Assembly: GCA_001563965.1 (NCBI GenBank)
Contig: LKMS01000001.1
Coordinates: 1 to 29,859, forward strand
DNA: 29,859 nucleotides
Source of the DNA: Haloferacaceae archaeon PL-Br10_E2g29
GTDB taxonomy: Archaea > Halobacteriota > Halobacteria > Halobacteriales > Haloferacaceae
Direction of reading: 5' to 3'
Shown piece after piece: positions 1 through 8,493 of the stretch. Within the stretch, counting starts at the first letter, position 1; each line of letters opens with the position of its first letter. The translations under genes were made by a program, and so were the position numbers. The notes under the pieces are model-generated. The model ran no database searches. It was not told the DNA's origin and worked only from the letters and a program-made list of their open reading frames with translations.

Positions 1-1038
1 TCGGGCAAAACCGTCACCCAACACCAACTGGCCAAATGGGCCGACGCCGACATCGTCGTCTACGTCGGCTGTGGCGAGCGCGGTAACGAGATGACCGAGG
101 TCATCGAGGATTTCCCCGAACTGGACGACCCGAAAACGGGGAACCCGCTGATGGCTCGAACCTGCCTGATCGCCAACACCTCGAACATGCCGGTCGCCGC
201 GCGTGAGTCCTGTATCTACACGGGAATCACCATCGCGGAGTTCTTCCGCGACATGGGCTACGACGTGGCACTGATGGCCGACTCCACCTCGCGGTGGGCC
301 GAGGCGATGCGCGAGATTTCCTCGCGACTCGAAGAGATGCCCGGCGAGGAAGGGTATCCAGCGTATCTGTCTGCACGACTCAGCCAGTTCTACGAGCGTG
401 CGGGCTACTTCGAGAACACCAACGGCACCGAGGGATCGGTGTCGGTGATTGGCGCGGTGTCGCCACCCGGCGGCGACTTCTCCGAGCCAGTGACCCAGAA
501 CACGCTGCGTATTGTCAAGACGTTCTGGGCGCTCGATGCGGACCTCGCCGAGAGACGGCACTTCCCGGCGATCAACTGGAACGAGTCGTACTCGCTGTAC
601 CGCGAGCAGCTCGATCCATGGTTCGAAGACAACGTCACCGAACACTGGTCGGAGATCCGCCAGTGGGCCGTCGACGTGCTTGACGAGGAAGCGGAACTCA
701 AAGAGATTGTCCAGCTCGTTGGCAAGGACGCACTTCCTGAAGACCAGCAGCTAACGCTCGAAGTCGCGCGCTATCTGCGCGAGGCGTATCTCCAGCAGAA
801 CGCCTTCCACCCGACCGACACGTTCTGTCCACCCGAAAAAACGTATCTCATCTTGACGGCGATCAAGACGCTCAACGACGAGGCGTTCAAGGCGCTCGAT
901 GCCGGGGTGCCCGTCGAAGAGATCACCGCCATCGAGTCCGCGCCACAGATCAACCGGATCGGTGTCCAAGAGGAGTACGAGGCGTACATTGACGAGCTGA
1001 CAGACGAGATCACCGCGGAGCTACGGGGGCTGTACTAA
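1..1038 (+). CDS. atpA: A-type (V-type-like) ATP synthase subunit A, 5'-truncated by the window edge
   Basis: Frame is open from base 1: [31 protein letters not shown] (end of Walker A), then [31 protein letters not shown] and HFPAINW. Stop TAA 1036-1038 overlaps the next ATG (TAATG). Confidence 0.97.
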   Translation, partial: SGKTVTQHQLAKWADADIVVYVGCGERGNEMTEVIEDFPELDDPKTGNPLMARTCLIANTSNMPVAARESCIYTGITIAEFFRDMGYDVALMADSTSRWAEAMREISSRLEEMPGEEGYPAYLSARLSQFYERAGYFENTNGTEGSVSVIGAVSPPGGDFSEPVTQNTLRIVKTFWALDADLAERRHFPAINWNESYSLYREQLDPWFEDNVTEHWSEIRQWAVDVLDEEAELKEIVQLVGKDALPEDQQLTLEVARYLREAYLQQNAFHPTDTFCPPEKTYLILTAIKTLNDEAFKALDAGVPVEEITAIESAPQINRIGVQEEYEAYIDELTDEITAELRGLY

Positions 1039-2468
1039 TGAAAGAATACAAAACGATAACCGAGATCAGCGGCCCACTCGTCTTCGCCGAGGTCGACGAG
1101 CCGATCGGCTACGATGAGATCGTCGAGATCGAGACCGACGACGGCCGGACGCTGCGCGGACAGATTCTCGAATCCAGCGACGGCCTCGTCGCGATTCAGG
1201 TGTTCGAGGGAACCAGCGGTATCGACCGAAAGGCGTCGGTTCGCTTCCTCGGCGAGACGCTGAAAATGCCCGTCACCGAAGATTTGCTCGGTCGCGTCAT
1301 GGACGGAACGGGCCAGCCGATCGACGGCGGCCCAGAGATCGTCCCCGAGGATCGACTCGACATCATCGGCTCGGCGATCAATCCGTACTCGCGGGAGTAC
1401 CCCGAAGAGTTCATTCAGACCGGCGTGAGCGCCATCGACGGCATGAACACGCTGGTTCGCGGCCAGAAACTGCCGATCTTTTCGGCGTCCGGTCTGCCGC
1501 ATAACAACCTGGCGCTCCAGATTGCCCGGCAGGCGACCGTGCCTGAAGAGGAAGCCGCCGGCGACGACGCGGACGGAAGCGAGTTCGCGGTTGTTTTCGG
1601 CGCAATGGGAATCACCCAGGAGGAGGCCAACGAGTTCATGAACGACTTCGAGCGCACCGGTGCGCTGGAGCGCTCGGTGGTCTTTGCCAACCTCGCCGAC
1701 GACCCGGCTGTCGAGCGAACCGTTACACCGCGACTTGCGCTGACGACCGCGGAGTATCTGGCGTTCGAGAAGGATTACCACGTGCTGGTGATTCTCACGG
1801 ACATGACCAACTACTGTGAGGCGCTTCGCGAGATCGGTGCGGCCCGCGAAGAGGTGCCCGGCCGGCGTGGCTATCCCGGCTACATGTACACCGACCTGGC
1901 GACGCTGTATGAGCGTGCGGGTCGGATTCAGGGGCGTGAGGGCTCGGTCACACAGATTCCGATTCTCACGATGCCCGGTGACGACGACACCCACCCGATT
2001 CCCGACCTGACGGGCTACATTACGGAGGGCCAGATCTACATCGACCGCGGCCTCAACAGCCAAGGCGTCCGGCCGCCGATCAACGTGCTTCCTAGCCTGT
2101 CTCGGCTGATGGACGATGGGATTGGCGAGGGCCTCACACGGGAGGATCACGCCGACGTCTCCGACCAGATGTACGCCGCCTACGCCGAGGGTGAAGACCT
2201 GCGCGACCTCGTCAACATCGTTGGTCGCGAGGCACTCAGCGAACGGGACAACAAGTATCTCGACTTCGCCGAGGCGTTCGAAAGCGAGTTCGTCCAACAG
2301 GGCTACGACACCAACCGATCGATCGAGGACACCCTCGAAATCGGCTGGGAACTCCTGAGCGAGTTGCCGAAAGCCGAACTCAACCGGATCGGCGAGGAGC
2401 TCATCGAGAAGTACTACCACGAAGAAGACGAACGCGACAGCGAAACAGTCGAAGCAACAGCAGACTGA
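1038..2468 (+). CDS. atpB: A-type ATP synthase subunit B
   Basis: 476 aa with [50 protein letters not shown] and [16 protein letters not shown]; start overlaps the atpA stop. Confidence 0.98.
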   Translation: MKEYKTITEISGPLVFAEVDEPIGYDEIVEIETDDGRTLRGQILESSDGLVAIQVFEGTSGIDRKASVRFLGETLKMPVTEDLLGRVMDGTGQPIDGGPEIVPEDRLDIIGSAINPYSREYPEEFIQTGVSAIDGMNTLVRGQKLPIFSASGLPHNNLALQIARQATVPEEEAAGDDADGSEFAVVFGAMGITQEEANEFMNDFERTGALERSVVFANLADDPAVERTVTPRLALTTAEYLAFEKDYHVLVILTDMTNYCEALREIGAAREEVPGRRGYPGYMYTDLATLYERAGRIQGREGSVTQIPILTMPGDDDTHPIPDLTGYITEGQIYIDRGLNSQGVRPPINVLPSLSRLMDDGIGEGLTREDHADVSDQMYAAYAEGEDLRDLVNIVGREALSERDNKYLDFAEAFESEFVQQGYDTNRSIEDTLEIGWELLSELPKAELNRIGEELIEKYYHEEDERDSETVEATAD

Positions 2469-2490
2469 TCGTAGCGTCGACAGCGGCCCG

Positions 2491-2495
2491 TTTTT
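2491..2495 (+). terminator. T-tract, probable archaeal terminator of the atp operon
   Basis: TTTTT 22 nt after the atpB stop, facing a convergent gene. Confidence 0.4.
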
Positions 2496-2679
2496 ACGCG
2501 TCAGCAGCGTTTGAATCGAGAGAGTGGTTGATCGCCAGCGGTGCGACAACACCGACCGCGATAACGACGACGATCAGTTGGAAATCCGTGAGCGAAAACC
2601 ATGGCCCCTGTGCAGTGACGAAGAGCGCGGTTGCGAGGAGGACACAGATCACGGTGACAGCGGTGTTGCGAGAGACCAT
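2494..2679 (-). CDS. Small two-helix membrane protein (61 aa), function unknown
   Basis: MVSRNTAVTVICVLLATALFVTAQGPWFSLTDFQLIVVVIAVGVVAPLAINHSLDSNAADA has two hydrophobic stretches. The ATG at 2679 is preferred over the longer track start; it is co-oriented with the Hsp20 pair. Confidence 0.6.
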   Translation of the reverse strand: MVSRNTAVTVICVLLATALFVTAQGPWFSLTDFQLIVVVIAVGVVAPLAINHSLDSNAADA

Positions 2680-2745
2680 ACGAGAGCAGTTGCGCACGGC
2701 AGCACAAAACTGTTGGGCAGCGATCACGACACGAGGATCGCGAAA

Positions 2746-3162
2746 TCAGTCGATATCGATTCGGTGGCCGTCGGTGTCGTCGGAGACCAGCTTGGGGAGC
2801 GTGACGGTCAGCACGCCGTTGTGGTAGCTCGCGTGTGTCGCTTCGCGGTCAACTACATTGGGGAGTGTGATTCGGCGTTGGATCGAGGCGCTGCGGCGTT
2901 CGCGGTGGAGATACGCCCCATCGTCGTGTTCGTCGGTCGCGTGGTGGCGCTCGGCGGTGAGCGTCAGCACGGCATCGTCGAGTGTCAGGTCGATATCGTC
3001 GCGCTCGAAGCCCGGCAGGTCGGCGGTGACGACGAATCCGTCGTCAGAGACGGCCACGTCGACGGCGATTTCGGTGCGAGCCGTCGCTGGTCGGTCGAAG
3101 CCGCGGCTCATGCGGTCAAAAAACCGATCGAACTCGTCGAATGGGGAGTAACGTTGCATCAT
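2746..3162 (-). CDS. Hsp20/alpha-crystallin small heat-shock protein (copy 1)
   Basis: Motifs SPFDEFD, VTADLPGFERDDIDL, QRRITLP and YHNGVLTVTLPK. GGTGA SD-like motif at 3175-3171 supports ATG 3162. Confidence 0.92.
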   Translation of the reverse strand: MMQRYSPFDEFDRFFDRMSRGFDRPATARTEIAVDVAVSDDGFVVTADLPGFERDDIDLTLDDAVLTLTAERHHATDEHDDGAYLHRERRSASIQRRITLPNVVDREATHASYHNGVLTVTLPKLVSDDTDGHRIDID

Positions 3163-3303
3163 TGTGTGTTTCACCAAACAACAGAAAGGTGTTCTGCGAT
3201 ATTAAAGACTGACTGAGCCGAGATAACACAGGTCGACGTGGCGGTTCGGCGGTGTGCGGGACGGTCAAAAACCGATTCTGACGGTTAGTACGCCGCGCCA
3301 CGC

Positions 3304-3738
3304 TTACTCCACGTCGATCTGATAGCCCGACGCACCCGCGTCGAGTTTGGGAAGCGTGACGGTGAGCACGCCGTGTTCGGCGGTCGCACTCGCGTTGCTG
3401 GCGTCGACAGCAGTCGGCAGCGTGACGCGGCGCTGAACCGACGTCTGCGTGCGTTCGTGGCGGTGGTACTGGTCGTCATCGAAGCGATCTTCTTCGGTTG
3501 CCGCCGCACTGATTGTGAGTGTGTCGCGGTCGACACGGAGGTCGATCTCGTCGCGCGCATAGCCCGGCAGGTCGGCGGTGACGAGGATCGACTCGCCGTC
3601 GTCGACAACGTCGACTGGCACCTCGGCGAGGACGCCCAGCGGCTCGGGTTCGAACGTCTGGCTGAGCTCGCTGAACTGGCGGTTCATCCGCTCGATCAGG
3701 GTATCGAGCTCCTCGAAGGGATTGCGTTTGTCGGTCAT
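3304..3738 (-). CDS. Hsp20/alpha-crystallin small heat-shock protein (copy 2)
   Basis: Motifs NPFEELD, VTADLPGYARDEIDL, QRRVTLP and EHGVLTVTLPKL. Start is ATG 3738 (alternative GTG 3741). Confidence 0.92.
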   Translation of the reverse strand: MTDKRNPFEELDTLIERMNRQFSELSQTFEPEPLGVLAEVPVDVVDDGESILVTADLPGYARDEIDLRVDRDTLTISAAATEEDRFDDDQYHRHERTQTSVQRRVTLPTAVDASNASATAEHGVLTVTLPKLDAGASGYQIDVE

Positions 3739-3872
3739 CACCGGCTATTGGATCGACAGCGGCTTGAATTTTGTCCATCCACAAACGACAGTATTGGCGT
3801 TGCAACGGGATGGGACGACAGACAAGCGGCAGGCCACGAAGTATATATTCGCGACGACCAACAGTCGGGATA

Positions 3873-3953
3873 ATGGCTGTGGCGAGTCGAAACGCGCTGT
3901 CGACAACGGCGCCACACGCGACCTCGGCCCAGCGTTCCCTCCCCGTACAATGA
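3873..3953 (+). other. Possible 26-codon upstream ORF coupled to the DedA gene
   Basis: ATG 3873 lies about 28 nt after a TATATA box (3842-3847). MAVASRNALSTTAPHATSAQRSLPVQ ends in TGA overlapping the DedA ATG (ATGA 3950-3953). Confidence 0.3.
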
Positions 3954-4477
3954 CTGTTCGAACCTTCCTCGCCGACCTGCTGACGCAGCTCGTCTTGTTC
4001 GCCGAACTGTTCGGCCTGCCGGTGTTGTTCGTCGTGTTCGTTCTCAAGGGAATGTTGATCGGCAAGCCGCTGTCGACGACGCTGTTTCTGCCGGGGTACA
4101 TTATCGCCACCCGCGCAGACATGACCGAGACGGTTCTCACCGTCCTCGTCGTCACGCTCGGCTACATTATCGGCCAACTCGTCATCTATGTCGGTGTCGA
4201 CCGCTACGGACTGCGGTTCATCGAGCGGCTGCCGTACGTGAACTTCGATCCGACGAGCGAGCGAACCCAACAGGTACTCCGATGGTTCGACACGTATGGC
4301 GGCCTCGCCGTGTTCGTTTCGAACTGTGTGCCGTTTTTCCGGGGACTCCTGACGATTCCCGCGGCAACGAGCGACTATCCGCTGGGCTGGTATGTCGGCT
4401 ACATGGGATCGTCGAGTCTGCTGTATTTTTCTGCCTACGTGGCGCTCGCGCTCGCGGGCGTCCAGCTCGTGCTGTAA
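3950..4477 (+). CDS. DedA/VTT (SNARE-associated) family membrane protein
   Basis: 175 aa, hydrophobic. LGYIIGQLVIY..GLRF, RWFDTYGGLAVFVSNCVPFFRGLLTIPAA follows the DedA pattern WF.(K/R)YG...VF..RF.P..R...S.PAG. Confidence 0.8.
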   Translation: MTVRTFLADLLTQLVLFAELFGLPVLFVVFVLKGMLIGKPLSTTLFLPGYIIATRADMTETVLTVLVVTLGYIIGQLVIYVGVDRYGLRFIERLPYVNFDPTSERTQQVLRWFDTYGGLAVFVSNCVPFFRGLLTIPAATSDYPLGWYVGYMGSSSLLYFSAYVALALAGVQLVL

Positions 4478-4503
4478 TGCTCGAAAACAGACGCGGGTGC
4501 GAC

Positions 4504-5316
4504 TCAGTACAACACGTGTTTGGTGTCATACGAACCGAGATTGCGAACCCACCCCTCCTCGGCGAGCATCTCAATTGCTGCAAACGCTTCCTGGACGCGC
4601 TGTTCGTAGACACCGGCCTCGATGTCGAAATGAAAGAGGTAGTCACCGAGACGGTTGCCGCTGGGCCGTGATTCGACCCGCGAGAGGTTGATGTCGCGGT
4701 CGGCGAACGCTTCAAGCAGTTCGAGCAACAGTCCGGGGTAGTTGACGTTCGGATAGACGATGAGCGAGGTCTTGCCGCCGGCGTCCGAGCGTGCCGACAG
4801 CGGCGCGATCACGAAAAACCGGGTCGCATTCGAGTCTTGATCCTGAATGTCCTCGGCGAGCACGGCCAGTTCGCTGCCGTTGGTCGCGTTGTCAGGGTGG
4901 CCGATGCCGGCGACCGTGTTGTCCTCGCGGGCGTACTGGACGCCGCGGGCGGTACTGGCAACGGCCTCCTGTGTCACATCGGGATAATGTGTTTCGAGAT
5001 AGGTTCGACACTGTGCAAGCGCTTGGGAGTGACTCGCGACGGTGTCGAACGAGTCGTCTTGGGCGAGCAACGCGTGGCGAATCGGAGTGACGATTTCGCT
5101 AACGACGGCGACATCGTGGCTTGCGAGCGCGTCGAGCGTTTCGGTGACGCTCCCCTCGATGCTGTTTTCGATAGGAACCACGCCGCGTTGAAAGTCCCCG
5201 TCGGCAACGGCGTCGACGATGGCGGTCACCGACTCGCGAAAGGAGACCCCTTCGGCGACGGCGCGTGCAGCACGATGCGAGTAGGTTCCCGACGGGCCCA
5301 GCGTAACGGCATTCAT
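4504..5316 (-). CDS. pheA: Prephenate dehydratase (PDT + ACT domain)
   Basis: LGPSGTYSH, VVPIENSIEGSV, SHSQALAQC, DQDSNATRFF and INLSRVESRPS; ATG at 5316. Confidence 0.95.
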   Translation of the reverse strand: MNAVTLGPSGTYSHRAARAVAEGVSFRESVTAIVDAVADGDFQRGVVPIENSIEGSVTETLDALASHDVAVVSEIVTPIRHALLAQDDSFDTVASHSQALAQCRTYLETHYPDVTQEAVASTARGVQYAREDNTVAGIGHPDNATNGSELAVLAEDIQDQDSNATRFFVIAPLSARSDAGGKTSLIVYPNVNYPGLLLELLEAFADRDINLSRVESRPSGNRLGDYLFHFDIEAGVYEQRVQEAFAAIEMLAEEGWVRNLGSYDTKHVLY

Positions 5317-5478
5317 ATGTCCTGTGTTTGTCAAGGCCGCCCAAAAGCGCGTCGCAAACGACACCACGGTGAGTCCACACAACCGACGACCAGTTGAAAA
5401 ATCTCCCGACCGGTAGCAGGTACCGACAATTTCAGGAGCGGTATACAGATTTAACCGAGGCTAGTTACATGTACAGTT

Positions 5479-6378
5479 GTGACATCAACAGCAACGGTGT
5501 TGCAAGGAGTTCCGACGACGGCGGATGGAATACTTGCAACGTATGGCCCAGCACTGATTTCGACCGCGGTAACGGTCGTCATATTCATTGTCGCGTTTGT
5601 CGTGCTTTACAAGATCGGGAAGTCGGTTCTCGTTCGGGTAACCAAACGCGGTCTCAACGAACGCGAGTTCTCGTCGGCAGTCGTCAGCCTCGGATCGTCG
5701 ATTGCTGGCGTGGTCGCACTACTCGGGGCGGTCGCCATCGCCGCGACGGTAGCGGGCTTCCCGGCGATTCTCACTGCGTTCGCGACGATCTTCGCAGCGC
5801 TCGCGTTGGGACTGGCCTTCGCCGCCAGCGACATCATCGAGAACTTCATCGCCGGCATCTTCATTCTCCGCGACAAACCGTTCGTCGTCGGCGACTACAT
5901 CGAATGGGGCGGCAACAACGGAATCGTCCGCGACATCAACCTGCGCGTGACCAAACTCGATACGTTCGACAACGAGATGGTCACCGTGCCAAACGGCGAA
6001 CTCGCCAATGGCGTCGTCGTCAACCCGGTCGCCAACGAGACGCGCCGAGTCACGTTCGACTTCGGCATTGAGTACGAAGCAAGCATTCGAAAAGCCCGCG
6101 AGATCATTCTCGACGAGGCGCAAAAAATCGAGGGTGTCCTCGAAGATCCGGCCCCGAAAGCGCCGGTCACCGGCCTCGAAGATTCGGCGGTCGTGCTCAA
6201 CGGTCGCGTCTGGGTCGACCCGAGCGTAACGGGTGCCGGTCCTGTGAAGTTCGAGCTGGTCGAAAACGTCAAGCGGCGCTTTGACGCCGAGGGCGTGGGC
6301 ATGCCGTACCCGCACACGGAACTCACCGGTGGCATCGAAGTCGAAAACATCGACCCTGCGGCGGTCGCAGACGACTAA
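5479..6378 (+). CDS. mscS: Small-conductance mechanosensitive channel (MscS family)
   Basis: Three N-terminal hydrophobic helices, then LAFAASDIIENFIAGIFILRDKPFVVGDYI, GIVRDINLRVT and VTVPNGEL. GTG start; TTTAA box at 5450-5454. Confidence 0.9.
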   Translation: MTSTATVLQGVPTTADGILATYGPALISTAVTVVIFIVAFVVLYKIGKSVLVRVTKRGLNEREFSSAVVSLGSSIAGVVALLGAVAIAATVAGFPAILTAFATIFAALALGLAFAASDIIENFIAGIFILRDKPFVVGDYIEWGGNNGIVRDINLRVTKLDTFDNEMVTVPNGELANGVVVNPVANETRRVTFDFGIEYEASIRKAREIILDEAQKIEGVLEDPAPKAPVTGLEDSAVVLNGRVWVDPSVTGAGPVKFELVENVKRRFDAEGVGMPYPHTELTGGIEVENIDPAAVADD

Positions 6379-6476
6379 TCGATACACCACCTCGGTTCGC
6401 TACTGCGGTTTTTTCACGCCCGTAAACCAGTGAGTCGCGACTAAACGAACGAGTAGCTGCTGAACAAACCGTCACG

Positions 6477-6540
6477 ACTGAAACCGTAAGTAGTGAAACG
6501 GTGATGCGAGTGACTGAAGCCGTAGCCTACTGAAACCGCG
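6477..6540. repeat. Four degenerate copies of a 12-mer (ACTGAAACCGTA consensus)
   Basis: ACTGAAACCGTA 6477-6488, AGTGAAACGGTG 6492-6503, ACTGAAGCCGTA 6513-6524, ACTGAAACCGCG 6529-6540. Confidence 0.6.
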
Positions 6541-6895
6541 ATTCGAGTTCATCACGAAGGTCGTCGACAGTGAGCCCCTTCATCGAAAACAACACCAACA
6601 GGTGGTAGATGAAGTCCGCCGATTCGTACTGCAGTTCCGCGAGGTCGTTGTCTTTGGCCGCCAAAATCAGCTCGGTCGACTCCTCGCCCAACTTTTCGAG
6701 AACCGCGTTTTCGCCCTTCTCGTGGGTGAACAACGAGGTCGTATACGACTCGTCGGGCAGCTCAGTTTTTCGTTGTTCGATCGTTGCAAACAACGAATCA
6801 AACACAGCTGACGGGTCGTCGCCAGCGGCTGCGGTAGAGTGGTCGGGAGAGACGTCTGCTTCGTCGTCACTGCCGGCGGTAGGCTGGTCGCTCAT
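6527..6895 (-). CDS. hisE: Phosphoribosyl-ATP pyrophosphohydrolase
   Basis: LFATIEQRK..LPDESYTTSLF, KLGEESTELILAAK and ESADFIYHLLV. ATG 6895 overlaps the pdxT stop (ATGA); there is an acidic N-terminal extension. Confidence 0.93.
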   Translation of the reverse strand: MSDQPTAGSDDEADVSPDHSTAAAGDDPSAVFDSLFATIEQRKTELPDESYTTSLFTHEKGENAVLEKLGEESTELILAAKDNDLAELQYESADFIYHLLVLFSMKGLTVDDLRDELESRFQ

Positions 6896-7500
6896 TGGGC
6901 GTGCTCCGTTGTGACCAGCGGCTGACCGGCAAAAAACGCCAGCTCGTGCAGTCGGCTGTCGAGGGTGAGTTCGGGGTGGAACGCGGTGGCGACGACCGAT
7001 CCCTGCCGAACGGCAACCGGATTGTCGTCCCACTCGGCGAGCACGGTCACGTCGTCGCCGACGGCGTCGATCGCGGGCGCGCGGATGAACACCGCCGGAA
7101 ACGGCTCGTCGAGGCCCGTAATGTCGAGTGGGGCCTCGAAGCTGTCCTTCTGGCGGCCGAAGGCGTTGCGGTCGACGCTCACGTCAAGCAGATCGAGCGT
7201 CCGAACGCGGTCGTCTTTGGCGTCGCACGAAACCACGATGAGCCCCGCACAGGTCGCCAACACGGGTTTACCGCGCTCGACGTGGTCGCGAATTTCCGCG
7301 TCAATTCCCTCGTCGGCAAGCAGCCGCGAGATCGTGGTCGACTCACCGCCGGGCAGGAGCAACACGTCGCAGTTGGGCACGACGCCGGCCGTCCGAATCG
7401 TCGTGACCGTGCAGTCGACGCCGTGGGCCGAGGCGGCGCGCTCGATTGCGTCGGCGTGTTCGCTCACGTCGCCCTGGACAGCAATAACGCCAGCGTGCAT
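6892..7500 (-). CDS. pdxT: PLP synthase glutaminase subunit
   Basis: GVIAVQGDVSEH, LPGGESTT, TCAGLI, RNAFGRQ, FIRAP and FHPEL (glutaminase Cys, His, Glu). Confidence 0.95.
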   Translation of the reverse strand: MHAGVIAVQGDVSEHADAIERAASAHGVDCTVTTIRTAGVVPNCDVLLLPGGESTTISRLLADEGIDAEIRDHVERGKPVLATCAGLIVVSCDAKDDRVRTLDLLDVSVDRNAFGRQKDSFEAPLDITGLDEPFPAVFIRAPAIDAVGDDVTVLAEWDDNPVAVRQGSVVATAFHPELTLDSRLHELAFFAGQPLVTTEHAQ

Positions 7501-7552
7501 ACAGATCGAAACGCGGGCGGCGAGTAAAAAGAACCCGTTCGGCCGGCGAGGC

Positions 7553-7717
7553 CTACGAGACCGTGAGCGAAAGCAGTTGGATGAAGACGCCGAACAACAG
7601 ACAGAACGCCATCACGGTTTTCGGATTGATACGGATCGCGTTGCGGTCTTCGGCGTCGAAGTACCGGACAAGCCCGGCACTCGACATCAAACCGCCGGAG
7701 TTCCCACTTGAAGCCAT
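7553..7717 (-). CDS. secG: Preprotein translocase subunit Sec61beta (54 aa; absent from the ORF track)
   Basis: Translated by hand: [54 protein letters not shown], with the [12 protein letters not shown] signature and a single C-terminal TM helix. Confidence 0.9.
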   Translation of the reverse strand: MASSGNSGGLMSSAGLVRYFDAEDRNAIRINPKTVMAFCLLFGVFIQLLSLTVS

Positions 7718-7865
7718 TGTCGATTAACGTTCCTTCGTCGACCTAAGGGTTTCGGCTTTCGGTGAACCAGCAGGGAGAATGCGACTACATGAGCCGCCGC
7801 GACCCGGGGAAACCGACAGGGTGGAAACGCTTATCAGCGCGCCTCGGCAATCCACAGAGCGTACT

Positions 7866-8132
7866 ATGACGGTTCGACTCACAGACTTTTACGCCGACTG
7901 GTGTGGCCCCTGTAAAACCCAAGACCCGATTCTTGAGGACCTCGAAGCCGACTACGCGGACGTCGAGTTCGCGAAAGTCGACGTCGATCAAGAACAAGAG
8001 ATTGCCAACGAGTATCAGGTTCGCTCGCTGCCGACGCTCGTTATTGAGAACGACAACGGCATCGTCGATCGGTTTGTCGGCGTCACCCAGCGTGAGGATC
8101 TCGAAGCCGCGATCAAAGAAGCCAGCGCGTAA
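7866..8132 (+). CDS. trxA: Thioredoxin
   Basis: 88 aa with DFYADWCGPCK, KVDVD and VRSLPTL; promoter-like GAAACGCTTATC about 30 nt upstream. Confidence 0.92.
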   Translation: MTVRLTDFYADWCGPCKTQDPILEDLEADYADVEFAKVDVDQEQEIANEYQVRSLPTLVIENDNGIVDRFVGVTQREDLEAAIKEASA

Positions 8133-8243
8133 GTCGTCAGTCGACACGAAAGCGCATCGACACACAACCAGCAGGCATACTGCCGATTTTCACGATCCGC
8201 CCGTCTCGCAACTGTTAAACAGCGACCCGCACAACGGGCAGGC

Positions 8244-8393
8244 ATGCCGAGCAACGAGACCGCCACCAACCGGACGCTCAACAAGCAGATTTGTATGCGC
8301 TGTAACGCGCGAAACGCCCCGAAAGCGAAGCGTTGCCGCAAATGTGGCTACTCGCGACTCCGCCCGAAAGCCAAAGAACGCCGCGCGGCCTGA
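8244..8393 (+). CDS. rpl40e: 50S ribosomal protein L40e (49 aa; absent from the ORF track)
   Basis: Translated by hand: [49 protein letters not shown], a zinc ribbon C-x2-C...C-x2-C ending in LRPK. GTTAAA box at 8216-8221; T-rich terminator at about 8408-8420. Confidence 0.93.
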   Translation: MPSNETATNRTLNKQICMRCNARNAPKAKRCRKCGYSRLRPKAKERRAA

Positions 8394-8493
8394 GTCTGGC
8401 AGCGACTGTTTTGTATTTTTCGTCGTCAGAGCGATCAGCGTCGTCGACGCGAGCGCGTTCAAACCCCCTCAGGTGGCGAGATTGTTCCCCCGC

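Noticed and set aside
1-90. Intein in atpA at the Walker-A insertion site
   Set aside because: The sequence reads SGKTVTQH continuously with no insertion.
1035-2552. 505-aa ORF antisense to atpB (and similar long shadows, e.g. 16884-18206 +, 22263-23378 -, 3476-4270 -, 11714-12604 +, 26060-27145 +)
   Set aside because: They overlap well-supported genes on the opposite strand, lack family motifs, and are the expected antisense open frames of GC-rich, codon-biased DNA.
5411-5425. CGGTA-N5-TACCG inverted repeat between pheA and mscS
   Set aside because: 5-bp GC-rich arms are expected by chance, and it does not overlap either predicted TATA box.
6477-6540. Possible CRISPR or mini-CRISPR array
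   Set aside because: Units are only 12 nt, degenerate, and separated by 3-9 nt; there are no spacer-sized unique sequences and no cas genes.
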